Shown here one piece after another: positions 42,411 to 51,260 of a stretch of 64,000 nt of DNA. Numbering within the stretch: position 1 is the stretch's first letter; each line of letters starts with the position of its first letter. The stretch comes from Vulcanimicrobiota bacterium (GTDB lineage Bacteria > Vulcanimicrobiota > Vulcanimicrobiia > Vulcanimicrobiales > Vulcanimicrobiaceae). The notes under the pieces were generated by a model. The model did not search any database. It was not told the DNA's origin and worked only from the letters and a program-made list of their open reading frames with translations. The translations under genes and the position numbers were made by a program. The stretch covers positions 128,001-192,000 of the forward strand of contig CAWGBN010000006.1 of the NCBI GenBank assembly GCA_963820825.1, written 5' to 3'.

Positions 42411-43567
42411 GATCGTGCGAGCAATTCGGCGATGCGTTCGGCGATCCGGTGCGACGCGCCCGGCGCCCCCATCCGCGACCGCCCGATCGCGCCCATGCGC
42501 GCGCGGCGCGCCGGGTCGTCCAAAATCTCCGCGACGCCCCGCGACGCGTCGCTCGCACCACCGGGAAGAACCGCGAGCGATTCGCCGAGCAGCCCTCGCT
42601 GGCGGCGGCGATACCAGCTCGACGTGCGATCCGATTCGCGTTCGAAGGCGATGACCGGAAGCGCGGCCGCCGCGGCGGCTTCGTTCGCGGTTCCCGCTTG
42701 GCCGAGAACGAGGACGACGCGTCCGAGCAGTGGGCCGAGCGGACCTTGCCAGCCGCGGACGATCTCGCGTCCGGCGCGGCTCAAGACGAACGGCACGCCC
42801 GGATGTGCCCCCGGCGCAACCTCCCAGCCGGCGCTGCGAGCGCCGCGGGCAAAGCGAGCCGGATCGAGTCCGGGCGCGACCGAGAGCACCGCGCCGAGCC
42901 GCTCCCGAGATGCTGCGAGCTCGCCGACGACGTCGAGGAGAAAGGCCGCATCGTCGTACGCGCTCTCTCGGCTTCCCGGAAAGAGCGCCAGCGCTGGCGC
43001 GAATCCGCTCACGGCGGCTTCGACACGCGGATCGTCCGGCGCGGCAAAGAGATCGACGATTGCGTTGGCCGCATCCGCTTCAACGCCGTGGCTTCGCAAT
43101 GCGAGCGCGGTTGCGTCGTCGCGCACGAAGCGGAGCGCGGCACGGGCCATGACCTGCCGTTCAAAGGGCCCGTATGGGGCGACCTCAACGCTCTTTGCCG
43201 TCCCGACGAATACCGCCGGCGCGCGCGTCAACAGCGTCATCGCGAGCGCGTATACGTCGCCGACCGCGACCGCCGCGTCGTACGCACCGCGCGCCTTCCG
43301 CAGGAACTTCGCCTGTGCCCACGTCAATCCGAGGAGACCGGCGCGCAGATCGCTCGCGAGATTGCGCGCGTTTCCCATTGCGATCAATCCGCCGCTGGGC
43401 AGCGCGCGACGCGGTCCGACGTCGCGCAGCTCGGTACCGAACCGGTCGCCGACGAGTGCGAGATGATCGAGCCGAGCGTCGGGCCGGCGCGTGCGAAGCT
43501 CGGCACCGATGCGCTGCGCGATCGCAGCCTCTCCGTGACCGTTGGTAACGAAGAGCACGCGATTCAC
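42407..43567 (-). CDS. Lipid-A-disaccharide-synthase-related glycosyltransferase (TIGR03492-like)
   Basis: TNGHGE, LPSGG, AVGD, GTAKS, FPGSR, AGTANE. Confidence 0.85.
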   Translation of the reverse strand: MNRVLFVTNGHGEAAIAQRIGAELRTRRPDARLDHLALVGDRFGTELRDVGPRRALPSGGLIAMGNARNLASDLRAGLLGLTWAQAKFLRKARGAYDAAVAVGDVYALAMTLLTRAPAVFVGTAKSVEVAPYGPFERQVMARAALRFVRDDATALALRSHGVEADAANAIVDLFAAPDDPRVEAAVSGFAPALALFPGSRESAYDDAAFLLDVVGELAASRERLGAVLSVAPGLDPARFARGARSAGWEVAPGAHPGVPFVLSRAGREIVRGWQGPLGPLLGRVVLVLGQAGTANEAAAAAALPVIAFERESDRTSSWYRRRQRGLLGESLAVLPGGASDASRGVAEILDDPARRARMGAIGRSRMGAPGASHRIAERIAELLARS

Positions 43568-44313
43568 GCCGCGCCGCGTTCCAGCAGCGGAACGAGGGCG
43601 AACCCGGCCAGCGAGAATCGCCGCCGTTGCGGGTCGTACTCGAGCTCGCTGCGCGAAACGAAACGCCCGTAGGGACCGGCGTGCACGATCGGAACGGCTC
43701 CGGCATACTCCGGCTCGACCAGCGTGTCGTGACTATGCCCGCCGAGGATGAGATCGATGCGCGGTACGACCGCGGCGAGCCGACGGTCGAGCCGTAGCCC
43801 AACGTGCGAGAGCACGACCAAACAATCGCCCTCGGGAATTTGGCTTGCGTATGGCGCCACGGCGCTCCACGGCTCGAGAAAACGCCAGCCGAAGAGGCGC
43901 TCCCAGTTGCTTCCCGTTCGATACTGCATGACGAGCAGGCCGAGTACGTGCACCCGGACCGGCTCGCCGCTGTCGCCGGTTACGTCGAATCGGATCGACG
44001 GCAGAAAGGGCAACGCCCGACCCTTCGTGTCTTGCAGGTTGGTGCAGACGAGCGGATGGTGCATGCGCGCGGCGCGCGCGCGAAGCAACGCGAAGAGATA
44101 GTGAAATTCGCGATTGCCGATCGCTTGGGCGTCGTAACCCGCCGCATCCATCTCGGCAACGATCGGCTCGTCGCGATAGTAGAGGCTTTGGCTCCCCCGC
44201 AGCGAGTCGCCGCAATCGAAGAGCAGTCCCGGGTGCGCCGCGCGCAGCGCGCGCAGCGGCGCCACGATCCCTCGCCGGTCGTGGAGATCCGACGTGTGAT
44301 AGATGCGGATCAT
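43564..44313 (-). CDS. Calcineurin-like metallophosphoesterase, single domain
   Basis: HTSDLH, DCGD, GNRE, LSHVG, GGHSH. Confidence 0.9.
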   Translation of the reverse strand: MIRIYHTSDLHDRRGIVAPLRALRAAHPGLLFDCGDSLRGSQSLYYRDEPIVAEMDAAGYDAQAIGNREFHYLFALLRARAARMHHPLVCTNLQDTKGRALPFLPSIRFDVTGDSGEPVRVHVLGLLVMQYRTGSNWERLFGWRFLEPWSAVAPYASQIPEGDCLVVLSHVGLRLDRRLAAVVPRIDLILGGHSHDTLVEPEYAGAVPIVHAGPYGRFVSRSELEYDPQRRRFSLAGFALVPLLERGAA

Positions 44314-45425
44314 GCTGCGCCGCGCGCCAGCTCGACCGCGTACCGCGCGCAACGCTCGAGCGCGTCTGCAGGTCCGAGCGCCGCGCGCAAGGCGACGAAC
44401 TCTTCGTATTGCCGCGCGGGTTGCGCCATCAGCGATTCGATAGTAGCGGCAAGTGCCTCCGGCGTTGCCCGTTCCTGCAGCAACTCGGGGACGACCTCGC
44501 GTCCCAGTACGAGGTTCGGCAGCGTAATGAACCGGTGCTTGATCATTCGGTGCCCGTACCGGATAAGAATCGGCGGGATGACGTAGATTGCGACGGCCGG
44601 TACGCCGAGCAGCGCCGTCTCCAAGACCGCCGTCCCCGAGGCGACGATTGCCGCGTCGGCATCCTCGACCGCGGCGCCAACGCCGCGTGCGACGCTCACA
44701 TCCTTGAGCTTCTCGTCGTCGATCGAACGCCGGATCGATCGTTGCGCGCGATCGTCCGCCGCTCCGAATATACCGCGAAGGCGCGGCCGCCGCGATTGCA
44801 GCGCGCGCAGCGTCGCCGCCATGACCGGCAGATGCCGGCGCAGCTCGCCCGAGCGGCTCCCGGGCAACATCGCGACCGTTCCGCCGTCGGGCGAAGGCGC
44901 GTCGCGCAGCGGCCGCATCGCGTACCGGCTCGCCAACGGATGGCCGAAGAACTCGATACCGCAGCCGAGACTTCGATAGAAATCGTACTGGTGTTTGAAT
45001 GCCGTCACCGGCGCGGCAACGGCGGCAACGTTGCGCGCTTTCTCCGCGTTGTCGAGCCACGTACCGGGCGGAAAGAGATCCACGATCGGACCGGCGTAAT
45101 GCAAACGGCGGCGCAGCGTATTCGCCAATCGCAGATTGAAGACGCCGAAATCGACCAGCACGACCAAGTCCGGCTTCGACGCCACGATGTGGAAGGCCGT
45201 GCGCAGCATCGCGGCCAGCAGCTTGGGAATCCGCGGTATCGCCGCGAGCGGACCCATGCTCGCCCAGCCGCGGTGATTCATCCAAAGACGAAATCCTGCG
45301 TCTCGCATTCGAGTCCCACCGATTCCCTCGAACTCTGCTTGCGGATCGATTCTCCGAATGGCGTCGGCGAGTAGAATCGCCATCGCTTCGCCACTCGGCT
45401 CCCCCGTTGAAAAGAAGTACCGCAC
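44310..45425 (-). CDS. lpxB: Lipid-A-disaccharide synthase
   Basis: TGEPSG, VDFGVFN, GHPL, LPGSRSGE, ASGTAVLE, LPNL. Confidence 0.92.
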   Translation of the reverse strand: MRYFFSTGEPSGEAMAILLADAIRRIDPQAEFEGIGGTRMRDAGFRLWMNHRGWASMGPLAAIPRIPKLLAAMLRTAFHIVASKPDLVVLVDFGVFNLRLANTLRRRLHYAGPIVDLFPPGTWLDNAEKARNVAAVAAPVTAFKHQYDFYRSLGCGIEFFGHPLASRYAMRPLRDAPSPDGGTVAMLPGSRSGELRRHLPVMAATLRALQSRRPRLRGIFGAADDRAQRSIRRSIDDEKLKDVSVARGVGAAVEDADAAIVASGTAVLETALLGVPAVAIYVIPPILIRYGHRMIKHRFITLPNLVLGREVVPELLQERATPEALAATIESLMAQPARQYEEFVALRAALGPADALERCARYAVELARGAA

Positions 45426-45430
45426 GCTAA

Positions 45431-45600
45431 CTGCTTCTGCGCCGGCCGCGACGTGCCGCGTCGGGGTCGCTCGTCGCCCGCATCCTGCGGGCTCCTGCTG
45501 CACCGCGCTCGCGCCGCCTGCTAAGAAAAATTATGACCTCCTGTCAGTGGCGCTCGCGTCGGAGGCCCCTCCACGGCACGTCGCAGCCGGCGAAGCGCAG
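45431..45600 (-). repeat. Structured intergenic element, copy 2
   Basis: Terminal inverted repeat 45431-45458/45574-45600; core blocks shared with copy 1. Confidence 0.75.
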
Positions 45601-45611
45601 TCGCGGCGATG

Positions 45612-46379
45612 CTACTTTAAGACACCGCGCTGTGATGGGGCCTCTAGAAAGGCGATGATCTCGCGACCTGGATCGGTCGTCACTTGCTGCTTCATCGCCT
45701 CGATTGCTTGAGAGACATTGAGTTTGGGATCGTAAAGGAGCTTGTAGAAGTCCTTGATCTCTTTGCGCTCTTCGGCCGAGAAGGCTGCGCGGCGCAGTCC
45801 GACGCTGTTGAGGCCGTAGGGCCGGCACGGGTTGCCTTCGACGAGAAAGAACGGCGGCACGTCTTTGATGCACTTGCTCATTCCGCCGACCATCGCGTTG
45901 CGCCCGATGCGCGTGAACTGATGGACGCCGGTCTGGCCGCCGATCGTCACGTAGTCGCCGACGTGCACGTGTCCGGCGAGCTGCGCGAGATTGCTCATCG
46001 TCACGCCGTTGCCGAGAATGCAGTTGTGCGCGATGTGCACGTAGGCGAGCAGCAGGCAATCGTCGCCGACGGCGGTGACTTCGTCGTATCCGGTCGCGCG
46101 CTGAATGCTGACGTATTCGCGCAGCGTCGTGCGGTTGCCGACGCGTGTATACGCCCGCTCGCCGGCGTACTTGCGGTCCTGCGAGGCCGCTCCCACGGTC
46201 GAGAACGGATAGAGGACGCAATCGTCGCCGATCTCCGTCCAGCCGTTGACCACGACGTGCGCCTGCAGTACCGTGCGCGCGCCGATGCTGACGTGCTCGC
46301 CGACGATGCAGTAGGGGCCGATCTCCGCGTTCTTTCCGATCTCCGCCTGCGGATGGACGATCGCGCTGGGATGCAGCAT
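45612..46379 (-). CDS. lpxA: UDP-N-acetylglucosamine acyltransferase
   Basis: Hexapeptide repeats, QDRKY, HIAHNC, LAGHV, VHQF, GLRR. Confidence 0.96.
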   Translation of the reverse strand: MLHPSAIVHPQAEIGKNAEIGPYCIVGEHVSIGARTVLQAHVVVNGWTEIGDDCVLYPFSTVGAASQDRKYAGERAYTRVGNRTTLREYVSIQRATGYDEVTAVGDDCLLLAYVHIAHNCILGNGVTMSNLAQLAGHVHVGDYVTIGGQTGVHQFTRIGRNAMVGGMSKCIKDVPPFFLVEGNPCRPYGLNSVGLRRAAFSAEERKEIKDFYKLLYDPKLNVSQAIEAMKQQVTTDPGREIIAFLEAPSQRGVLK

Positions 46380-46397
46380 TAAAGCCGCTCGGCGCTC

Positions 46398-46877
46398 TCA
46401 GACATGCAGTACGCTGGCGTCGGCGCCGAACATGCGCGGGTCTGACACGATCGAGAACATTATCTCCGCGGAGCAGGCGAACTGGCCGTCGACCGTCGCC
46501 TCGCCGGTCACCCAGCCGATGTTTCGCTTGTGGCGCAACATCCGCACTTCCATGTCGAGCCGGTCGCCGGGCACGACCGGACGGCGGAACTTCGCTTTGT
46601 CGATGCCGGCGAGATACGGCGTCTTGCGCGAGAACTCGCCGGGCTCGAGGATCATCGCGCCGCCGAGCTGCGCGAGCGCTTCGATCATGTAGACGCCGGG
46701 CAGAACGGGATTTCCCGGGAAGTGTCCGGCAAAGATCTGCTCGTTGTACGTGATGTTCTTATAACCGCGAACGCGAACCATCGGCTCGAACTCGAGAATT
46801 CGGTCGACGAGCAGCATCGGGTAGCGGTGCGGCAATACTTCGAAGATCGCGCGAATATCGAGCTCGGCCAACGTCAT
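46398..46877 (-). CDS. fabZ: 3-hydroxyacyl-ACP dehydratase
   Basis: LPHRYPMLLVD, GHFPG, EALAQ. Confidence 0.96.
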   Translation of the reverse strand: MTLAELDIRAIFEVLPHRYPMLLVDRILEFEPMVRVRGYKNITYNEQIFAGHFPGNPVLPGVYMIEALAQLGGAMILEPGEFSRKTPYLAGIDKAKFRRPVVPGDRLDMEVRMLRHKRNIGWVTGEATVDGQFACSAEIMFSIVSDPRMFGADASVLHV

Positions 46878-46880
46878 CTC

Positions 46881-47702
46881 CTAGGCGGACGGAACGCTTA
46901 CGTGGGCGCGCAGTGCGCGCGTCATCGCTGCATGGAGTTCGTGACCGCTCTTGATCGCGACGACTTCACACTGCGGCCACGATCCGAGCAGCGCAAAATC
47001 GCCGATCAGATCGAGTACTTTGTGGCGTACCGGCTCGTCGGGCCAGCGCAGGGGCTGCATCGGCCCGTCGGGCGCGAAGACGAGCGCGTTCTCGAGGCTT
47101 CCGCCGCGTCCCAAGCCGCGCGCCCACAACGCCTCGATCTCGTGCAGATAGGCAAAGGTTCGCGCGCCGGCGATTTCCGTTCGATAACGCGCCGGGTCGA
47201 TCGTTTCGTTGAAATACTGCGTGCCGATCGGTGGGGGGAAATCGGCGACGAAACGTACTCGGAACGCCTCCGCCGGAAAGATCGCAATCATCCGGTCGCC
47301 GGCGCGAATCCAGAGCGGCGTCTCGATCTCCAAGATCCGCCGCGGTTGCGGCTGCGCGGCTAAGCCGCAGGCTTCGATCGCCGCAACGAACTCGGCGGCG
47401 CTTCCGTCCCGAGCCGGAATCTCCGGGCCGTCGACGTGGATCTCCGCATTCGTCACCCCCATTGCGAAGAGCGCGGAGAGCAGATGCTCGGTCGTGGATA
47501 CGGTCGATCCGTTGCGCCCGAGCACGGTCGCGCGCGACGTATCCACAATGTTCTCGGCGAGCGCGGGCACGCGCGTATTCCCGAGCACGAAGCTTATTCC
47601 GTCATCGGGGGGAGCCGGTCGAACCTCCACTGCAGCAGGCGCGCCCGTATGAAGACCGATTCCTTCGAAGTGGAGCGGGGTGCGTAGCGTCGCTTGCGTC
47701 AC
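46881..47702 (-). CDS. lpxC: UDP-3-O-acyl-GlcNAc deacetylase
   Basis: GIGLHTG, TEHLLSAL, ARTF, HKVLD, SGH. Confidence 0.96.
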   Translation of the reverse strand: MTQATLRTPLHFEGIGLHTGAPAAVEVRPAPPDDGISFVLGNTRVPALAENIVDTSRATVLGRNGSTVSTTEHLLSALFAMGVTNAEIHVDGPEIPARDGSAAEFVAAIEACGLAAQPQPRRILEIETPLWIRAGDRMIAIFPAEAFRVRFVADFPPPIGTQYFNETIDPARYRTEIAGARTFAYLHEIEALWARGLGRGGSLENALVFAPDGPMQPLRWPDEPVRHKVLDLIGDFALLGSWPQCEVVAIKSGHELHAAMTRALRAHVSVPSA

Positions 47703-47708
47703 GCGGCG

Positions 47709-48728
47709 TCAATCGTCCGAGCGCGAGCGCTCGAGAGCCTTAACACGATCGAACAGCTTTGGCAGCTTGCGAATCATGACCTCTTGACGGAGATCCTCGC
47801 GATGATCGCGCGCCGGGTTGCCGGAGATGGTGGCGCCGTCGGCGACGTCACCCCAGACGCCGGATCGCCCGGCGATGGTTACGTGCGAACCGACGGTCAT
47901 GTGACCCCGGAAACCGACCTGACCGGCAACCTTGACGTAATCGCCGATGACCGTCGAGCCTGCGAGTCCGGTCAGCGACGCGATGACGCAATGCTTGCCA
48001 ATTCGAGAGTTGTGGCCGATCTGAACGAGATTGTCGATCTTGGTTCCCGCGCCGATTCGGGTGCTGCCGGTCTGCGCGCGATCGATGCACGTGTTCGCAC
48101 CGACCTCCACGTCGTCTTCGAGTACGACGTTTCCGACCTGCGGGATGCGCTCGGCACGCCCGTCGACGAACGCCCACCCGAAGCCCTCGCTGCCGATCAC
48201 GCACCCGGCGTGCAGAACCACGCGATCGCCGAGCTGGGCTCCCGCCATGACGCAGACGCGCGGATGGATCCAGACCGAGCTTCCGATGGCGACGCCGTCG
48301 CCGACGTAGGCTCCCGCCTCGACGACGCTGCCGTCGCCGATCGCGGCCCCGCTGCCGATGTAAACGTGCGCACCGATGTAGACGCCGGCCCCGAGTCGCG
48401 CGTCGTCGGCGACGACGGCGCTGGGATCGCGAAACGATCCGCGCGGCCGCGCCGGGCGGAAGGCGTCCAGCAACTGCGCGAGCGCTTGACGCACGTTCTC
48501 GACGACAATGAGCGGCTTTGCTGCCGCCTTCGGCGCCAAAGAAGCCTCCACGACGATCGCTGCCGCCTTGCCGGCGAGCGCGGTCTCGAGGTACTTGTCG
48601 CTGGTCGCGAAGGTCAACGCGTCCCCGCCTGCCTCGTCAACGGTGCTGATACGCGCGATGCGAATGCTTCCGTCGCCGGCAACGCGTCCACCGATGCGCG
48701 CAGCGAGTTCAGCGAGCGTACCCAGCAT
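47709..48728 (-). CDS. lpxD: UDP-3-O-acylglucosamine N-acyltransferase
   Basis: GSEGFG, IPQVG, KIDNLVQIGHN. Confidence 0.95.
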   Translation of the reverse strand: MLGTLAELAARIGGRVAGDGSIRIARISTVDEAGGDALTFATSDKYLETALAGKAAAIVVEASLAPKAAAKPLIVVENVRQALAQLLDAFRPARPRGSFRDPSAVVADDARLGAGVYIGAHVYIGSGAAIGDGSVVEAGAYVGDGVAIGSSVWIHPRVCVMAGAQLGDRVVLHAGCVIGSEGFGWAFVDGRAERIPQVGNVVLEDDVEVGANTCIDRAQTGSTRIGAGTKIDNLVQIGHNSRIGKHCVIASLTGLAGSTVIGDYVKVAGQVGFRGHMTVGSHVTIAGRSGVWGDVADGATISGNPARDHREDLRQEVMIRKLPKLFDRVKALERSRSDD

Positions 48729-48742
48729 GACTCTCCAGGCCG

Positions 48743-49150
48743 CTACTTGCCCGGCGTGGGCGTCGCCTTCTCCGTAATGTTGAGCGCCTTCTCGACGTCG
48801 GCGGTGATGTCCACGCCGCCGTAACCGATTCCCTCGCGCGTCAAGACGAGCTTGAGCTGCCGCTGGGAGGCGATTCGACCGGCCGCATCGCGGATCTGCT
48901 GGGAGAGCGCATTGGTGACCCGTTCGTACTTGCGCTGCAGATCGAAGGCCGCGCGCTGCTTGCGCGCCGAGCTCTCGCGCCGCGACTGAATCGAGCGCTC
49001 GTCGTTGTAGAGCTGGTTCTGATAGCCCTGATACTCGGGCCAGTTCGCGACGATCCGCTGCACGTCGACGAGTCCGATCGGACTCTTCGGCGCGCATCCG
49101 GCCAGCGCCGCCGCGGCGCTAAAGAACAGAACGTACGCGTATCTTTTCAT
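48743..49150 (-). CDS. Short Skp/OmpH-like lipoprotein
   Basis: LAGC lipobox, IGLVDVQRI, YGGVDIT. Confidence 0.75.
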   Translation of the reverse strand: MKRYAYVLFFSAAAALAGCAPKSPIGLVDVQRIVANWPEYQGYQNQLYNDERSIQSRRESSARKQRAAFDLQRKYERVTNALSQQIRDAAGRIASQRQLKLVLTREGIGYGGVDITADVEKALNITEKATPTPGK

Positions 49151-50403
49151 TCGTGTTGACTCTCGACGTCGCTGATCACTTGGTTCGTTAAGTCGTAGCC
49201 GCCCGCGGCCGCCCAAATATCTGAGAAGACGATGCTGAACCCCTTTTCCTTGGCGATGCGCTTCGCGTCCCGCTCTACCTGCCCCACGATCTGTTGGTAG
49301 AGTTCGCCGCGGCGCTTCTGGAGTGCGTCGAGCTCTCTCCCCGCCGCTCCGGTCGCCCCGACGTCCGCTCCGTGCAGCGCCGCAAACTGTCGATCGAGAT
49401 CGCTCTTGGTCGCGTTGTAATCTTGAACCGTCTTGGCCGCGTCGGCCTGAAATTCCCCGACGTACTGCCGATGGATTGCGGCGATGCGGTTCTGGACGTC
49501 GGGCGGAACGTTCGTCGGCATCGAGGGCGGCCCCAGGCTGCGCAACTGCGAGCCGACCTCGTTGCGCCGCTCCTCGAGCTTCGCTCGAGTCTGATCGTGA
49601 ATCGCGCCGACTTGGTTGCGCATCGCGTCGCCGGTTTGACGATCGAGCTCGGCGTGGTAGGCGCGCAGCGTCGCCGCGTCGGCGTTGCGCATCGTTTCGA
49701 GTGCGGCCGCCTCTTTTGCATTGATCGCCCCGAGCTGATCTTGGGCTTGTTTACGCGCCGCCGGATCGAGCGCGAGGTTCGAGAGCCGCATCTTGATTGC
49801 CAGGCGCGCGCCCGCGTCGCTCTGCGTCAAGCGAAGCGAGAGATCGGTCTCGTTCTGCTGGAGCTGCTCGGCTTTGGCACGATACTTTTGCGCCGCCTGG
49901 ATCTGCAGCTGCCTGGCGATCGAGGAGGTGGCGGCGCTGTCTTGCGAGATGACGTTCTGCTGGTAAGCCATGAGATCTTGATCGGCGGCTCGCGCCGCCT
50001 GCTGGACTTGCTGGGCCGAAGCGCCGCTCATCTGTGCGGCGGCAGAAGCCCCCGAACCGTGTATGCCGGCGGCGGCGAGCGCCGCCGAAATCGCCTGATT
50101 CTCGCGATTGGCATAATCCCGCTGCTTCAGCGCCAGAATCTTGTTCGCGCGCGTTTGCGCGTCGTAGAGCTCGCGATTGAGCTGCTTGGTCTGCGCGGCG
50201 ATCTGTGCCGCGCCGAGCGGCACCTGCCGCGGGGTGGATTGCAGGTTGATCGCTGCGATCGCGTCGTCGAGCTGCGAGAGCTGTCCGTAGAGCGGGTGGT
50301 GCTTGACGACGTCGGCTACTCGTATGTAGCCGGCCCCGCGAATCGCCGACGAGTGGACGTTCGGAGCGCAGGCGGCGACCGTCAAAAGTGCGGCGCACGT
50401 CAT
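49147..50403 (-). CDS. Extended Skp/OmpH-like coiled-coil lipoprotein
   Basis: VAAC lipobox, GYIRV..VVKHHP, IAKEKGFSIVF..GYDLT; start uncertain. Confidence 0.65.
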   Translation of the reverse strand: MTCAALLTVAACAPNVHSSAIRGAGYIRVADVVKHHPLYGQLSQLDDAIAAINLQSTPRQVPLGAAQIAAQTKQLNRELYDAQTRANKILALKQRDYANRENQAISAALAAAGIHGSGASAAAQMSGASAQQVQQAARAADQDLMAYQQNVISQDSAATSSIARQLQIQAAQKYRAKAEQLQQNETDLSLRLTQSDAGARLAIKMRLSNLALDPAARKQAQDQLGAINAKEAAALETMRNADAATLRAYHAELDRQTGDAMRNQVGAIHDQTRAKLEERRNEVGSQLRSLGPPSMPTNVPPDVQNRIAAIHRQYVGEFQADAAKTVQDYNATKSDLDRQFAALHGADVGATGAAGRELDALQKRRGELYQQIVGQVERDAKRIAKEKGFSIVFSDIWAAAGGYDLTNQVISDVESQHE

Positions 50404-50407
50404 GGCG

Positions 50408-51211
50408 CTACTTCGTAAGCTCATTTTGGACATCGGTCGTGATGTCCGTGCCCCCATAGATAACGTCGGCCTTGTCGATGACCAGCAGCAAGTTCTTCTT
50501 CCGGGCGACGTCGGCGGTCGCCGAACGCGTCTGATCGACCAGCGGCTTGAGCAGCTGCTCTTGCTTGTCGGAGATCGTTTTGTTGTACTGCTGGAGTATC
50601 TGCTGTTTGTCGCTCGCGCTGCGCGCGCTCGCGATTTGCGCCGAGAAGATCGAACGCTGCGTGCTCTCGAAGGAATTCATCGCGTTGTTCGCCGCTTGCA
50701 CCTTCGGCACGCCGTCGAGCACGTTCTGGTCGACGTAGCCGATCTCCGAGGGCGGCGGCGTCGCACTCGGCGGCTGGACCGCCTGCGAGCTCGCGAATAC
50801 CGCTTCGACGTCCTTGGTGATGTCTTGGCCCCCGTAGATCACGACGCGCTTGTCGACTATGACCGTGAGATTGCGGGAGGCGCTGACCGCAGCGATTGCA
50901 AGCTGCGCGCGCTGGAAGAGCGGACCGACGATCTCGCGCTGCTTATCGTTGAGCTGTTGCTGAAACTGCATGGCAACCTGCTGTTTCTCCGCATCGCTGC
51001 GCGCGTGCTTGACTTGCGCGTTGAACTGGGCGTCGAGCTGCGACTTATAGCCGGCCAGCTGCCGGTTCGCCACGATGAAGACCGGCAAGTTCGCAAGCTG
51101 CGCCTGATCGATGTACCCGACGTCCGTGAGATCCGCCGCAATCGCACCGCGCGCGCTCCATAAAGCGAGCGCGACGCCGCCGGCGAAGAGTATCGCTGAC
51201 CTAATCTTCAT
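50408..51211 (-). CDS. Tandem two-domain Skp/OmpH chaperone
   Basis: VGYIDQ...IYGGQDIT is repeated as IGYVDQ...IYGGTDIT. Confidence 0.8.
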   Translation of the reverse strand: MKIRSAILFAGGVALALWSARGAIAADLTDVGYIDQAQLANLPVFIVANRQLAGYKSQLDAQFNAQVKHARSDAEKQQVAMQFQQQLNDKQREIVGPLFQRAQLAIAAVSASRNLTVIVDKRVVIYGGQDITKDVEAVFASSQAVQPPSATPPPSEIGYVDQNVLDGVPKVQAANNAMNSFESTQRSIFSAQIASARSASDKQQILQQYNKTISDKQEQLLKPLVDQTRSATADVARKKNLLLVIDKADVIYGGTDITTDVQNELTK

Positions 51212-51260
51212 GCGCGTTCTATTGGTCTCCCGGGCGGCGTGGCCTGCCGCGCTCGCGTGG

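Noticed and set aside
41100..43466. 788-aa plus-strand ORF and many other long antisense ORFs
   Set aside because: Shadow ORFs of GC-rich genes on the opposite strand; Arg-rich with no recognisable motifs
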